DNA of 32,000 bases from Synechocystis sp. PCC 6803 substr. PCC-P (GTDB lineage Bacteria; Cyanobacteriota; Cyanobacteriia; Cyanobacteriales; Microcystaceae), in the NCBI RefSeq assembly GCF_000284455.1, contig NC_017039.1, positions 2,400,001-2,432,000 on the forward strand, written 5' to 3'. Positions within the stretch are counted from its first letter, which is position 1, and each line of letters starts with the position of its first letter. The notes beneath the pieces were generated by a model that saw nothing but the letters and a program-made list of their open reading frames with translations, made no database searches and was not told the origin of the DNA. Below, piece by piece: positions 1 through 8,893 of this stretch. The position numbers and the translations under genes are program-made.

Positions 1-1
1 T

Positions 2-160
2 TTTGCTCTCACCCTGGCGATCGGAGTCATGGTGAGTTTGTTCACCGCCCTGACCTGCAGTCGTACCCTGTTACTGGTTATTGTGCTCAGTTTGCCCAAA
101 GTGCGTCAAAATCCCAGGCTCTTTTGCCCGAATCTATCATCGGTAACGGCTAAGTCTTAA
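2..160 (+). CDS. secD: Protein translocase subunit SecD, C-terminal fragment (truncated by window start)
   Basis: Frame 2 reads ALTLAIGVMVSLFTALTCSRTLLLVIVLSLPKVRQNPRLFCPNLSSVTAKS*, a SecD last-TM pattern, directly upstream of secF. Confidence 0.85.
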   Translation, partial: FALTLAIGVMVSLFTALTCSRTLLLVIVLSLPKVRQNPRLFCPNLSSVTAKS

Positions 161-220
161 AAGCTTTTTATTTTTCAACCCAGAATTCTGTTTGCTTTCT
201 TTGACCAATTCTCAAAAATT

Positions 221-1168
221 ATGAAATTAGACCTGTTCAAATGGGAAAAGCCAGCTTGGATCGTTTCTTCTCTCTTGGTGCTGATCAGTATTTTCGCCAT
301 GGCAATTTCCTGGGCACAATTCCAAGCTCCTTTTAGGCCAGGTCTCGATTTCGTCGGTGGTACCCGTTTGCAACTACAACTGGAATGCGCCAGCAGCAAT
401 AATTGCCCAGCGGCGATCGATGTGGCGGAGGTGCAGGATATTCTCGGCGGCGTGGGCTTAGGTAACAGTAGTGTGCAGGTAATTGAGGACTATACCCTTT
501 CTATCCGTCAACAAACCCTGGATGTGGAACAACGGGAAGCGGTGCAAAAAGCATTGAATGAAGGCATAGGTAAGTTCGACCCGGAAACTATCCAAATTGA
601 CACCGTTGGCCCCACGGTAGGCAAAGCTTTATTCCGTTCTGGGGTGTTAGCCCTGGTGATTTCCCTGCTGGGGATTATCATCTATTTAACTATCCGTTTT
701 CAGCTTGATTACGCTGTTTTTGCCATTATCGCCCTACTTTATGATGCCTTGATTACCATGGGAGCCTTTGCCATTTTTGGCTTAGTGGGAGGAGTGGAAG
801 TTGATAGTCTTTTCCTGGTGGCGTTACTGACCATCATCGGCTTTTCTGTCAATGACACCGTGGTCATATACGACCGGGTGCGGGAAACCCTAGAGCGCCA
901 TTCTGACTGGGATATTAACCATGTGGTGGATGATGCAGTCAATCAAACTTTGACCCGTTCCATTAACACTTCTTTGACCACTTCTTTGCCCCTGGTAGCA
1001 ATCTTTCTTTTCGGTGGTGATAGTCTCAAATTCTTTGCTTTAGCTTTGATTATTGGCTTTGCTTCCGGGGTTTATTCCAGTATTTTCATGGCCACAACCC
1101 TCTGGGCCTGGTGGCGTAAATGGCGATCGCCAAAGAATCCTCCTAGGGAAATGGTGGCGGAGGTTTAA
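221..1168 (+). CDS. secF: Protein translocase subunit SecF
   Basis: 315 aa ORF with FRPGLDFVGGTRLQLQ, VGPTVGKALFRSG and IGFSVNDTVVIYDRVRE motifs typical of SecF. Confidence 0.97.
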   Translation: MKLDLFKWEKPAWIVSSLLVLISIFAMAISWAQFQAPFRPGLDFVGGTRLQLQLECASSNNCPAAIDVAEVQDILGGVGLGNSSVQVIEDYTLSIRQQTLDVEQREAVQKALNEGIGKFDPETIQIDTVGPTVGKALFRSGVLALVISLLGIIIYLTIRFQLDYAVFAIIALLYDALITMGAFAIFGLVGGVEVDSLFLVALLTIIGFSVNDTVVIYDRVRETLERHSDWDINHVVDDAVNQTLTRSINTSLTTSLPLVAIFLFGGDSLKFFALALIIGFASGVYSSIFMATTLWAWWRKWRSPKNPPREMVAEV

Positions 1169-1300
1169 TTTTTGCGTTCCCCTGGGTGAGGCTGAGAGAG
1201 ATACCTTAGACCAAAGTTAGCACCGGCGAAAAGGGACGGGAAAGGTCAAAGCCTTATGGGAAAATGGCCACAATTTAGCGTTTAGCTCCGCCGATCTCCC

Positions 1301-2335
1301 ATGGAATTTAGCCAACTCGTAGAACGCCTACAAACCCATATCCAATGCCACAGCCTAGAAAAATTTGGCGATCGCAATCCAACCCTTGGGGGCGTTGCCG
1401 CCTTAACGGAGGCCTTGACCGGGCAAATCAGTTACGTCGATAGTGCCAAGTATGCGCCTCAAATGAAGACAACCCAGGCCAGTGCGCTAATTTTGCCCCC
1501 GGATGCAAAACTTCAAGCAGAAGCGGATGCCCAAGGTATAGCCTGGTGTGCCACTGCCCAACCCCGGCTCCTATTTGCGGCGGCGATCGCCGTTTTTTAT
1601 CAACCCTATCGTCCACCGGCGGGTATCCATGCCACTGCTGTTATCGATCCCTCGGTGCATTGTGGTGAGGACGTGAGCATTGGCCCCCATGTGGTAATTT
1701 ATCCCAACGTGACCCTCGGCGATCGGGTGTGCATCCACGGCAATGTGGTGATTTACCCCGGTGTGACCATTGGCAACGACAGCGTACTCCATGGTAACTG
1801 CACCATCCACGAACGAACTCAGATTGGCCAAGGTTGTGTGATCCATAGCGGAGCGGCGATCGGGGCAGAGGGTTTCGGCTTTGTGCCTACCCCCGAAGGC
1901 TGGTTCAAAATGGAACAATCCGGCCAAGTAGTTTTGGAAGACGGGGTAGAAATTGGCTGTAACAGTGCAGTAGATCGTCCCGCCGTGGGGGAAACCCGCA
2001 TCGGGAAAAATACTAAACTCGACAATATGGTGCATGTGGCCCATGGTTGTCGTATTGGTGAGGCTTGTGCTCTAGCCGGCCAAGTGGGTTTAGCGGGGGG
2101 AGTTACCATCGGCAACCGGGTAATCCTCGCTGGTCAGGTGGGAGTAGCGGACAAATCCGAGATCGGTGACGGGGCGATCGCCTCGGCTCAAACGGGAATC
2201 CATGGCAAAGTGGGGCCCAAAGAAGTAGTTTGTGGCAGTCCCCATATGCCCCACAAGCTTTATCTCAAAGCCTCTGCCATCTATAAGCGTTTACCGGAAA
2301 TGTACGACACCCTCAAAAAACTGAAAAAAGTTTAA
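1301..2335 (+). CDS. lpxD: UDP-3-O-(3-hydroxymyristoyl)glucosamine N-acyltransferase LpxD
   Basis: 344 aa ORF with left-handed beta-helix hexapeptide repeats and GAEGFGFVP, HMVHVAHGCRIGE, AGQVGLAGGVTIGN motifs. Confidence 0.95.
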   Translation: MEFSQLVERLQTHIQCHSLEKFGDRNPTLGGVAALTEALTGQISYVDSAKYAPQMKTTQASALILPPDAKLQAEADAQGIAWCATAQPRLLFAAAIAVFYQPYRPPAGIHATAVIDPSVHCGEDVSIGPHVVIYPNVTLGDRVCIHGNVVIYPGVTIGNDSVLHGNCTIHERTQIGQGCVIHSGAAIGAEGFGFVPTPEGWFKMEQSGQVVLEDGVEIGCNSAVDRPAVGETRIGKNTKLDNMVHVAHGCRIGEACALAGQVGLAGGVTIGNRVILAGQVGVADKSEIGDGAIASAQTGIHGKVGPKEVVCGSPHMPHKLYLKASAIYKRLPEMYDTLKKLKKV

Positions 2336-2344
2336 TACCTGCAA

Positions 2345-2389
2345 CGAAAAACCCCATCCCAGTTACCTAGGGTGGGGAGTTTCTTTTTC
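2345..2389. terminator. Probable bidirectional intrinsic terminator between convergent lpxD and rplT
   Basis: CCCC-AT-CCC / GGG-T-GGGG stem (2352-2360 with 2370-2377), A-run on the left and T-rich run on the right, giving a U-tract in both directions. Confidence 0.65.
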
Positions 2390-2442
2390 TTGGTTCAATT
2401 ATCTAAATCGGTCAGCCTTGCCCAAAGGGAAAATAAAGCTTT

Positions 2443-2796
2443 CTACTTTGCGGTGGCGGCAACTTTTACCACTTCACTAAAAGCGGCGGGGTCTAAAACA
2501 GCCAACTGGGCCAACATTTTACGGTTGATTTCAATATTGGCTTTTTTCAATTGTCCGGTCAGCTTGCTGTAGCTCATACCTTCTTGGCGAGCGGCAGCGT
2601 TGATGCGGGTAATCCACAGACGACGGAAATCCCGTTTACGCTTACGGCGATCGCGGTAGGCATTGCGTAGAGCCTTCATTACCTGTTGGTTAGCGGTGCG
2701 GAAAAGTTTGGAGTGGGAACCCCGGAAACCTTTGGCTAACTTGAGAATTTTCTTGCGGCGTTTGCGGGCAACGTTGCCCCGTTTAACTCTGGTCAT
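2443..2796 (-). CDS. rplT: 50S ribosomal protein L20
   Basis: 117 aa [65 protein letters not shown], unmistakable L20. Confidence 0.98.
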   Translation of the reverse strand: MTRVKRGNVARKRRKKILKLAKGFRGSHSKLFRTANQQVMKALRNAYRDRRKRKRDFRRLWITRINAAARQEGMSYSKLTGQLKKANIEINRKMLAQLAVLDPAAFSEVVKVAATAK

Positions 2797-2936
2797 AGTA
2801 ACTTTAAAAAACTAAAGATAATTTCAGCTTTACCTGGGAAAGTGTTTTGGAGTTAGAACCCTAGCGGGATTTTCCCCATCCCAACTTTCCATGGCACCCA
2901 GCGGAAAAGTGAGCAAAAATAGCGCTAACTACTCAA

Positions 2937-3140
2937 TTACATATAGGGAAGCATGAGCCGGACATTTTTCTCATCGGCTTCATGCACCAAAGCTAGGTTA
3001 GACAGACGACGATGTTTCTGTTCAGAACTCTTATGTTCCAATAGGTGATTTTTAAACGCTTTGCGACGGATAATCTTCTTGCCACTGCCGGTTGGGCGAA
3101 ATCGTTTGGCGGCGGCTTTACGAGTTTTAAGTTTGGGCAT
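2937..3140 (-). CDS. rpmI: 50S ribosomal protein L35
   Basis: 67 aa [41 protein letters not shown], just upstream of rplT on the same strand. Confidence 0.98.
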   Translation of the reverse strand: MPKLKTRKAAAKRFRPTGSGKKIIRRKAFKNHLLEHKSSEQKHRRLSNLALVHEADEKNVRLMLPYM

Positions 3141-3236
3141 AATGTGGCTGGTAATCGAACACAGTCTTCCACTATACCATGGCTAACCCTGCTGTTGGAA
3201 TTTTCAGATGAATTAAGGCAATTACATGCATTTCTC

Positions 3237-3968
3237 CTAATCTCCCTGGGGAAAACGCTCCCACAGATCTGTGCATTGCCGCAAACTTTGGTGCTTGCCG
3301 TGGCCCAAAATGAGATGGTCCAATACCGGAATTTGCAAGTATTGGGCCCCCTGGAGTAGGAATTCTGTCAGCCTGATATCTTCCGGGCTCGGCTCTAGCC
3401 CACCGGAGGGATGGTTATGGGCCACAATCAGCCTGGTGGCACCCTGTTTGATCACCTCCCGAAAGATTTCCCTGGGGTGAATTAGGGTCTCTGTGGCGGT
3501 GCCAATGGTAATCACTTTGGTCGCCAGCAAACGGTTTTTTACGTCTAGCATGACAATGGCAAAATGTTCCTGGGTCTGCCACATCAAATCCTGGCTCAAG
3601 GCGATCGCCGCCGCTTCGGGACTATCCACCACCATTTTTTCCAAGGGACGACTCTGGAACACCCGTTTACCCAATTCTACCGCCGCTAAAATCGTGGTGG
3701 CCTTAGCGGGACCAATGCCGGGAAAAGCAATCAATTCCTGAGGGTGGATATTACGCAACACGTCCATGGGGTCCTGACGATTTTGTCCCAACTGTTGCAA
3801 AATATATTGCCCCAGACCCACCGCCGACAGCTTGCCTTTGCCTTGACCTGTGGCCAAGAGAATGGCGATCAATTCAGCATTCCCCAGATGCTTGGCCCCG
3901 TATTTGAGCAATTTTTCCCTGGGGCGTTCATCCTCCGGTAGATCGGCAATTCTCAGGCTATAACTCAT
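3237..3968 (-). CDS. radC: RadC family DNA repair-like protein (UPF0758, JAB/MPN+ fold)
   Basis: 243 aa ORF with helix-hairpin-helix [13 protein letters not shown] and JAB motif [34 protein letters not shown]. Confidence 0.95.
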   Translation of the reverse strand: MSYSLRIADLPEDERPREKLLKYGAKHLGNAELIAILLATGQGKGKLSAVGLGQYILQQLGQNRQDPMDVLRNIHPQELIAFPGIGPAKATTILAAVELGKRVFQSRPLEKMVVDSPEAAAIALSQDLMWQTQEHFAIVMLDVKNRLLATKVITIGTATETLIHPREIFREVIKQGATRLIVAHNHPSGGLEPSPEDIRLTEFLLQGAQYLQIPVLDHLILGHGKHQSLRQCTDLWERFPQGD

Positions 3969-4794
3969 TGCTTACCGCCACCGTTAAACCGCACTGGGGA
4001 CAATGGCGCACCGCGTAGCGGATCTCTGCGAGATCGCCAACCCTAAGGGGATAACCACAATGGTCACAGAGGGCATGGGAGCCAACTTTTAAGCCTTCTT
4101 GCACCGCTACCCTTTCATCAAAGACAAAACATTCCCCCTGCCACAAACTTTCCTCCGGGGCAATGGTTTCTAGGTAATGCAAAATTCCCCCCCGGAGATG
4201 GTAAACCTCCGCAAATCCCTCCTCCAAGAGATAGGCACTAGCTTTTTCGCAGCGAATCCCCCCAGTGCAAAACATCGCTACTTTTTTGTTTTTTTGCTGG
4301 TCTAGATTATTCTTCACATAGTCGGGGAATTGGCGAAATTTTTTGGTACAGGGATTGACTGCCCCCTGGAAGGTGCCGATCGCCACTTCATAATCGTTGC
4401 GGGTATCAATCACCACCACATCAGGGTCTTGGAGCAATTGATTCCACTGCTGGGGCGACACATAAGTTCCCACTTGTTTTTCCGGGTTCACCTGAGGCTG
4501 GCCAAGGCTGACAATTTCCGGCTTAATTTTCACCTTCATTCGTTGGAAAGGTATGGTTTTTGCCCAGGAATGACGTTGGGGCACACTGGTTAGGCCCAAA
4601 TCCGCTGCCATAATTTTGACCATTTCTTCGATGGCTGCCGACTCACCAGCAATTGTGGCATTGACCCCTTCCTCTGCCAACAAAATAGTTCCCTTTAGCC
4701 CCAGGCGATCGCCCAACTCCTGCCAACGGCTTTGCTTCTCTGCCAAACAATTGAGCCGGGTAAAATGGTAAAAAGTTGTTACCTGATAAGCCAT
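3958..4794 (-). CDS. trhO: Rhodanese-domain protein, TrhO-type tRNA uridine(34) hydroxylase
   Basis: 278 aa ORF: [16 protein letters not shown], rhodanese loop [17 protein letters not shown]-terminal CDHCGYP...CPQC zinc-knuckle-like motif. Overlaps radC by 11 bp. Confidence 0.9.
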   Translation of the reverse strand: MAYQVTTFYHFTRLNCLAEKQSRWQELGDRLGLKGTILLAEEGVNATIAGESAAIEEMVKIMAADLGLTSVPQRHSWAKTIPFQRMKVKIKPEIVSLGQPQVNPEKQVGTYVSPQQWNQLLQDPDVVVIDTRNDYEVAIGTFQGAVNPCTKKFRQFPDYVKNNLDQQKNKKVAMFCTGGIRCEKASAYLLEEGFAEVYHLRGGILHYLETIAPEESLWQGECFVFDERVAVQEGLKVGSHALCDHCGYPLRVGDLAEIRYAVRHCPQCGLTVAVSNEL

Positions 4795-4812
4795 AGGAAA
4801 GCGGAAAAATCC

Positions 4813-4842
4813 TTGCTTGTTGTGAACTTCTATGGCTATAAT
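4813..4842 (+). promoter_or_regulatory. Candidate sigma-70 type promoter for tRNA-Ala
   Basis: TTGCTT (4813-4818), 18 bp spacer, perfect TATAAT (4837-4842), about 44 bp upstream of the mature tRNA 5' end. Confidence 0.55.
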
Positions 4843-4885
4843 AGCTGAGGTTTGTTACCAAAGGGCGTAACATGCACCAGTTCAC

Positions 4886-4958
4886 GGGGGTTTAGCTCAG
4901 TTGGTAGAGCGCCTGCTTTGCAAGCAGGATGTCAGCGGTTCGAGTCCGCTAATCTCCA
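4886..4958 (+). tRNA. tRNA-Ala, anticodon TGC
   Basis: Full cloverleaf: acceptor GGGGGTT/AATCTCC, D-arm GCTCAGTTGGTAGAGC, anticodon arm CCTGC-TTTGCAA-GCAGG, T-arm AGCGG-TTCGAGT-CCGCT, discriminator A, CCA not encoded. Confidence 0.97.
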
Positions 4959-5063
4959 TACTTTTTCGAGCCGGTTTTCAGATATTCCTGGCTGTTGTTT
5001 TTTGGCTAGGTCTGAAGATTGCGCCCTAGATATACTAGGAGTAGCCCTGTTGAGGAGGAATAA

Positions 5064-5305
5064 ATGGCAACAATTGAAACTGACTTAAAAGACATTTTAG
5101 CCAAAATTGACGAGAGACTAGACCGGATTGAGCGAAAGCTGGAAGCCCTTCCACGCATAGAAGAGAAGTTGGAAGGCTTGAATGGTCGAGTTAATCGCCT
5201 AGAGGACAGTCAAAACCGTCAGATATGGGCATTACATTGATTGTGGCCATTATCGGGGCAATGATTGCTGCTGCTGTGAGATTTGGCTTTACGTCCAACC
5301 CCTAA
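5064..5305 (+). pseudogene. Small coiled-coil protein with C-terminal TM helix; reading frame interrupted (5064-5240 and 5225-5305)
   Basis: RBS GAGGAGG then MATIETDLKDILAKIDERLDRIERKLEALPRIEEKLEGLNGRVNRLEDSQNRQIWALH*; the -1 frame continues MGITLIVAIIGAMIAAAVRFGFTSNP* as a TM segment. Confidence 0.6.
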
Positions 5306-5392
5306 GTATAATCTTTTGCTTTGTAGGTACTTGCCCGATTGTACCCGGTGGCTAGAGTTTCATTGATTGCCAACTCCAATAGTTCAAGTCCC

Positions 5393-6514
5393 CTAATCTC
5401 CATCCTCATCAACACTGATAGCCGTGATGGGTAAATTCAGACCCCGCAGTAATTCCTGATAGGCTTGCCACTCCCAAAAAGGTTCTGGTTCTTGTCGGTG
5501 TACCGCCACAATTTCTTGGCTCAGGCGCAACACCAATTCTCGGTCTTCCTGTTTGGGAATTTCTTCCGTTAAGTTAGCAAAGTCCACTTCAACCCCCTGC
5601 AACAAATAATCTTGCAACTCCTGTCGCAGATGCTGAGGATCAGATCCACTGCCTTTAAACACCTGACTGAGGTTATCTAAAATAATCGCCATTTCTGTCT
5701 CAGAAATTTTGCCGTCGGCGGCGGCGACAGCGGCCACTGTGCGAAGAATTTTAAACTGTTGGGGGGAAAGGCTGGGGGCTTCTCCTAAATACACTTCAAT
5801 TACTTTGGGATCATTTTGAATCTGGTCCATGTTACCTTCACACAATACTGAACCCTGATGGAGTACTGTCACCTTGCGGGCAATTTGGCGCACAAACTCC
5901 ATATCATGTTCAATCACAATGATGGAATGGCTTTCCGCCAGGGCCAAGAGCAAATCCCCCACATTTTCCGTTTCTTCATCAGTCAATCCCGCCACCGGCT
6001 CATCCACCAACAATAAAGTGGGGGACTGGGCCACCAACATGCCAATTTCAAGCCGTTGTTTTTCGCCGTGGGAGAGTAGGGCCGCCGCCAAGTGAGCTTT
6101 GGGGGTCAGGCCAATGGTTTCCAACAGTCCTCCCACACTGCGCTGCTCAGCTCCGGTAGCCTGTCCCATCAAAGTACCCCAAACGGACTTTTTTCGGTTT
6201 ACCGCCAAGTCCAAATTTTCCGCCACCGTCAGATTGAGATAGACCCTAGGAGTTTGAAATTTCCGCCCCACCCCCAGACGGGCAATGCGATATTCCGGAA
6301 TTTTACGAATGTCTTTGCCTTGGAATAGGACCCGGCCTTCCGTTGGTTGAACTTTACCGGTGATCACGTCTAAAAAAGTTGTTTTTCCTGCGCCGTTGGG
6401 GCCAATAATTACCCGCAATTCCCCCGGATTCATGGAAAAAGTCAAATGGTTGAGGGCCCTAAAGCCGTCAAAGCTCACCGTCAGGTCTTGAATTTCTAAG
6501 ATTTTGCTGGTCAT
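5393..6514 (-). CDS. urtD: Branched-chain/urea-type ABC transporter ATPase UrtD with extra C-terminal TerB-like domain
   Basis: IIGPNGAGKTTFLDVITG Walker A, LSHGEKQRLEIGM signature, LLLVDEPVAGL Walker B, QTPRVYLNLTVAENL. ORF track start is 6562; internal ATG at 6514 (MTSKILEIQDL) is more plausible. The last ~120 aa are not part of the ABC domain. Confidence 0.88.
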   Translation of the reverse strand: MTSKILEIQDLTVSFDGFRALNHLTFSMNPGELRVIIGPNGAGKTTFLDVITGKVQPTEGRVLFQGKDIRKIPEYRIARLGVGRKFQTPRVYLNLTVAENLDLAVNRKKSVWGTLMGQATGAEQRSVGGLLETIGLTPKAHLAAALLSHGEKQRLEIGMLVAQSPTLLLVDEPVAGLTDEETENVGDLLLALAESHSIIVIEHDMEFVRQIARKVTVLHQGSVLCEGNMDQIQNDPKVIEVYLGEAPSLSPQQFKILRTVAAVAAADGKISETEMAIILDNLSQVFKGSGSDPQHLRQELQDYLLQGVEVDFANLTEEIPKQEDRELVLRLSQEIVAVHRQEPEPFWEWQAYQELLRGLNLPITAISVDEDGD

Positions 6515-6696
6515 GGGCAATGGGGACAACCTAAAAATTTTGGCAGGACAAGGCTGGGACAAACATTCCTGCTTGTCAATTCAAACAAGGGGCGAGGCGG
6601 AAAACTGTTTACCAGGAACGAAATTTTTTGCACTACTACAGTCTTGTAAGTATTTTGCCAAATTTGACTGCCATCGAAAACCACAAGTCCCCTCAG

Positions 6697-7371
6697 CTAT
6701 CTTGCCGGGAATTCGGAGGAAACGCCACCTTCAGGACCGCTACCATCTAAATTTTCATCATCACTTTCTAAATCTGCCTGTTGCCAATCCGCTGGCGATC
6801 GCCTGGTCAATTCTTCCAGAGAACGGGGCACTAGACTAACTTGTTGGCTTTCTGCCGGGATATCAGCATTCTCCACCGGGTTAACCAGAGCGTAGAGAGA
6901 ATTCCCTGCAAAGTCGGGGTTACCTAACTGGAGACGGTGGGTTTTACCATTGACCAATTGAATAGTTAACTCTGTCCCGGCAGGATTAAGGCCGTAGTCC
7001 GTTAATTCCGCTGTGGGCACCTCAAAATCCCGGTCGTTCTGACTGCCCAAGACCACACTGAGCAAAAAATCTACCGCCGGACCACTCACGGCCGCTGGCT
7101 GGGGATTATCCATCAACCAAACAGAGTCACCATTATTATCTTTCCCCCGGCGATAGATTTTGATCTCTGCTCGGTTCGGCTCAGACTGGGTAATGGTGAT
7201 GGATTGCACCAAATCAGCACTGAAATCAAAATGGCGATTTACAGAGGGACTTTGGACAGTAGTTGTACCCTCTTCAGGAGTGCGACTCATTTCCCAGGCC
7301 ACTACGCCCAACCCCAGCATTAAGGCCACTGTCCAGAGCAACCAAGTCCCCCGTTTCAGTTTCAGTACCAT
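6697..7371 (-). CDS. DUF4340-like membrane-anchored/periplasmic protein
   Basis: 224 aa ORF with N-terminal TM helix and SITITQSEPNRAEIKIYRRG...WLMDNPQPAAVSG pattern resembling DUF4340. Confidence 0.65.
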   Translation of the reverse strand: MVLKLKRGTWLLWTVALMLGLGVVAWEMSRTPEEGTTTVQSPSVNRHFDFSADLVQSITITQSEPNRAEIKIYRRGKDNNGDSVWLMDNPQPAAVSGPAVDFLLSVVLGSQNDRDFEVPTAELTDYGLNPAGTELTIQLVNGKTHRLQLGNPDFAGNSLYALVNPVENADIPAESQQVSLVPRSLEELTRRSPADWQQADLESDDENLDGSGPEGGVSSEFPAR

Positions 7372-7398
7372 AGGTCAAGCCCATAACCATTAGCCAAT

Positions 7399-7758
7399 CT
7401 AGGGCGATCCGGGGGCTGGGGCTATCGCCGGTTCAGTCTGCTGTTGCTGCATTTCCATTAGTCGTTGCTGTTGCAGTTGCTTGAACTGGTCTGCGGCTTT
7501 ATTGATATTTCTCTGGGTATCCTCAGCAAAGTCTGACCCATTACGGGTGCGACTCAAATTGGCATTGTGAATCAACGACATGGGATCGAATCCCCCTCCC
7601 AAACCCTGCTTACTGGGGTCAACGTTGTTGGAAACAAAGGGATCTTCTCCAGGGACAGTGCCGGTGGATTGACCCTGAACGGGGGCGAAACTGAACAGGC
7701 CAGTGGTGAGGGCACTGAGGGCTAAACAGCGGGTTATTTGGGCTGTCTTCATGGTCAT
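7399..7758 (-). CDS. Small secreted hypothetical protein, Gln-rich C-terminus
   Basis: ORF (track 7399..7827) has internal starts at 7758/7752 followed by signal peptide MKTAQITRCLALSALTTGLFSFAPVQGQS; tail QFKQLQQQRLMEMQQQQ. Confidence 0.7.
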   Translation of the reverse strand: MTMKTAQITRCLALSALTTGLFSFAPVQGQSTGTVPGEDPFVSNNVDPSKQGLGGGFDPMSLIHNANLSRTRNGSDFAEDTQRNINKAADQFKQLQQQRLMEMQQQQTEPAIAPAPGSP

Positions 7759-7856
7759 CAGGCTCCAAGTGGTTAATTGGTCTAAAACTTTACAGCTCAA
7801 TGTTGCCGAGATACGGTTGTTGAACAAATACGATCAGCTATGATCAACAGACAAAA

Positions 7857-8741
7857 TCACAAAAAGCGACGTTTGAGCAAAGGTTGGATTAATAACAATA
7901 CTAAACCATCAAACAAAACTAACACCCCCAATACCTGGGCGAAATTCAAACTGAACCAAGGGGCAGTCAAAACCGTACTATCCAAACCCCAGTTGCCATT
8001 CAGGTAAATGTAACGGATTGGTTCGATGGCATAGGTTAATGGATTTAAACTGGCCACCACCTGCAACCAATGGGCCATGAAGTCCAAAGGAGCAAGGGCA
8101 GTACTGGCGAAGAGTAGGGGTAAATTAGTGACAAAAATTACCGCAATCAATTCAATGTGGCCCGGCAGGGCAAAGGCTAAACCTAAACTTAGGGCCGTTA
8201 CCCCCAACACGATTAGGAAAACAATCAGGGCAATCATTCCCAAACCAAAGCTATTGGGTAAACCAGCTCCCAGCAGAGCACTGGCCCCGACAATCACTGC
8301 TGCTTGGATCAGGCTCAGACTGATGATATACACCGTGGAGGCGGCCACAATGGAGTAGCGAGAGGCCAAGGGAGCAACCAGCAAGCGATTCAAAAAACCA
8401 AATTCCCGATCAAACATCACCGGTAGACCGGCATTCAAAGCCCCTGAAAAGGCAGTAAAAACAATAATGCCCGGTGCTAGAAATTGGGCATAGTTGAGGT
8501 CATTACCAAATAGGCCCTGGGGCGCATTGAGAAATAGGGCACCAAATAGCACTAACCACATAAACGGCTGAATGATCCCTGCCACTAGGGTGGTAGGCCG
8601 CCGTTGCAGTTGGATAAATAACCTCTTAGTTAGGGCAATGGTTTCTTGGAAAAACTCCACCGTTAAGCTGGGGGGATTGGCCGGGGCGGCCTGAGGAGCT
8701 AGCAGGGAAGTGATTTTGGGAGGGGTGAGGGTTTGACTCAT
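7857..8741 (-). CDS. ABC-2 type transporter permease (Ycf38-like)
   Basis: 294 aa, six predicted TM helices, NPPSLTVEFFQETIALTKRLFIQLQRRPTTLVAGIIQPFMW...NPLTYAIEPIRYI typical of ABC-2 permeases. Confidence 0.9.
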   Translation of the reverse strand: MSQTLTPPKITSLLAPQAAPANPPSLTVEFFQETIALTKRLFIQLQRRPTTLVAGIIQPFMWLVLFGALFLNAPQGLFGNDLNYAQFLAPGIIVFTAFSGALNAGLPVMFDREFGFLNRLLVAPLASRYSIVAASTVYIISLSLIQAAVIVGASALLGAGLPNSFGLGMIALIVFLIVLGVTALSLGLAFALPGHIELIAVIFVTNLPLLFASTALAPLDFMAHWLQVVASLNPLTYAIEPIRYIYLNGNWGLDSTVLTAPWFSLNFAQVLGVLVLFDGLVLLLIQPLLKRRFL

Positions 8742-8893
8742 AAAACTTTGGGGCTTGACGGCAGTTTAATTGACTTTGCTGAATTTGCACACACTGGGGC
8801 AGAGTTTTACCTTGGTGACCATGGTAGGGAATTTTTTTCGCCCTTGCTTTGATCGTTCAGGAAAAGTCTCCGGGAGATTGATTGACACCGTGG

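Noticed and set aside
1174-1250. Possible TPP (THI-box) riboswitch: 'GGTGAGGCTGAGAGAGATACC' between secF and lpxD
   Set aside because: Only the CTGAGA-like piece matches. The required second part (TGAACCTGATCTGG...AATGCCAGCG) is absent and neither neighbour is a thiamine gene. An Infernal search with RF00059 would settle it.
1571-2044. 157 aa minus-strand ORF opposite lpxD
   Set aside because: Antisense shadow of a well-conserved gene; composition reflects the lpxD hexapeptide repeat codons and it matches no recognised family.
4852-5088. 78 aa ORF spanning the tRNA-Ala gene
   Set aside because: It starts at TTG and reads through the complete tRNA cloverleaf, a common artefact.
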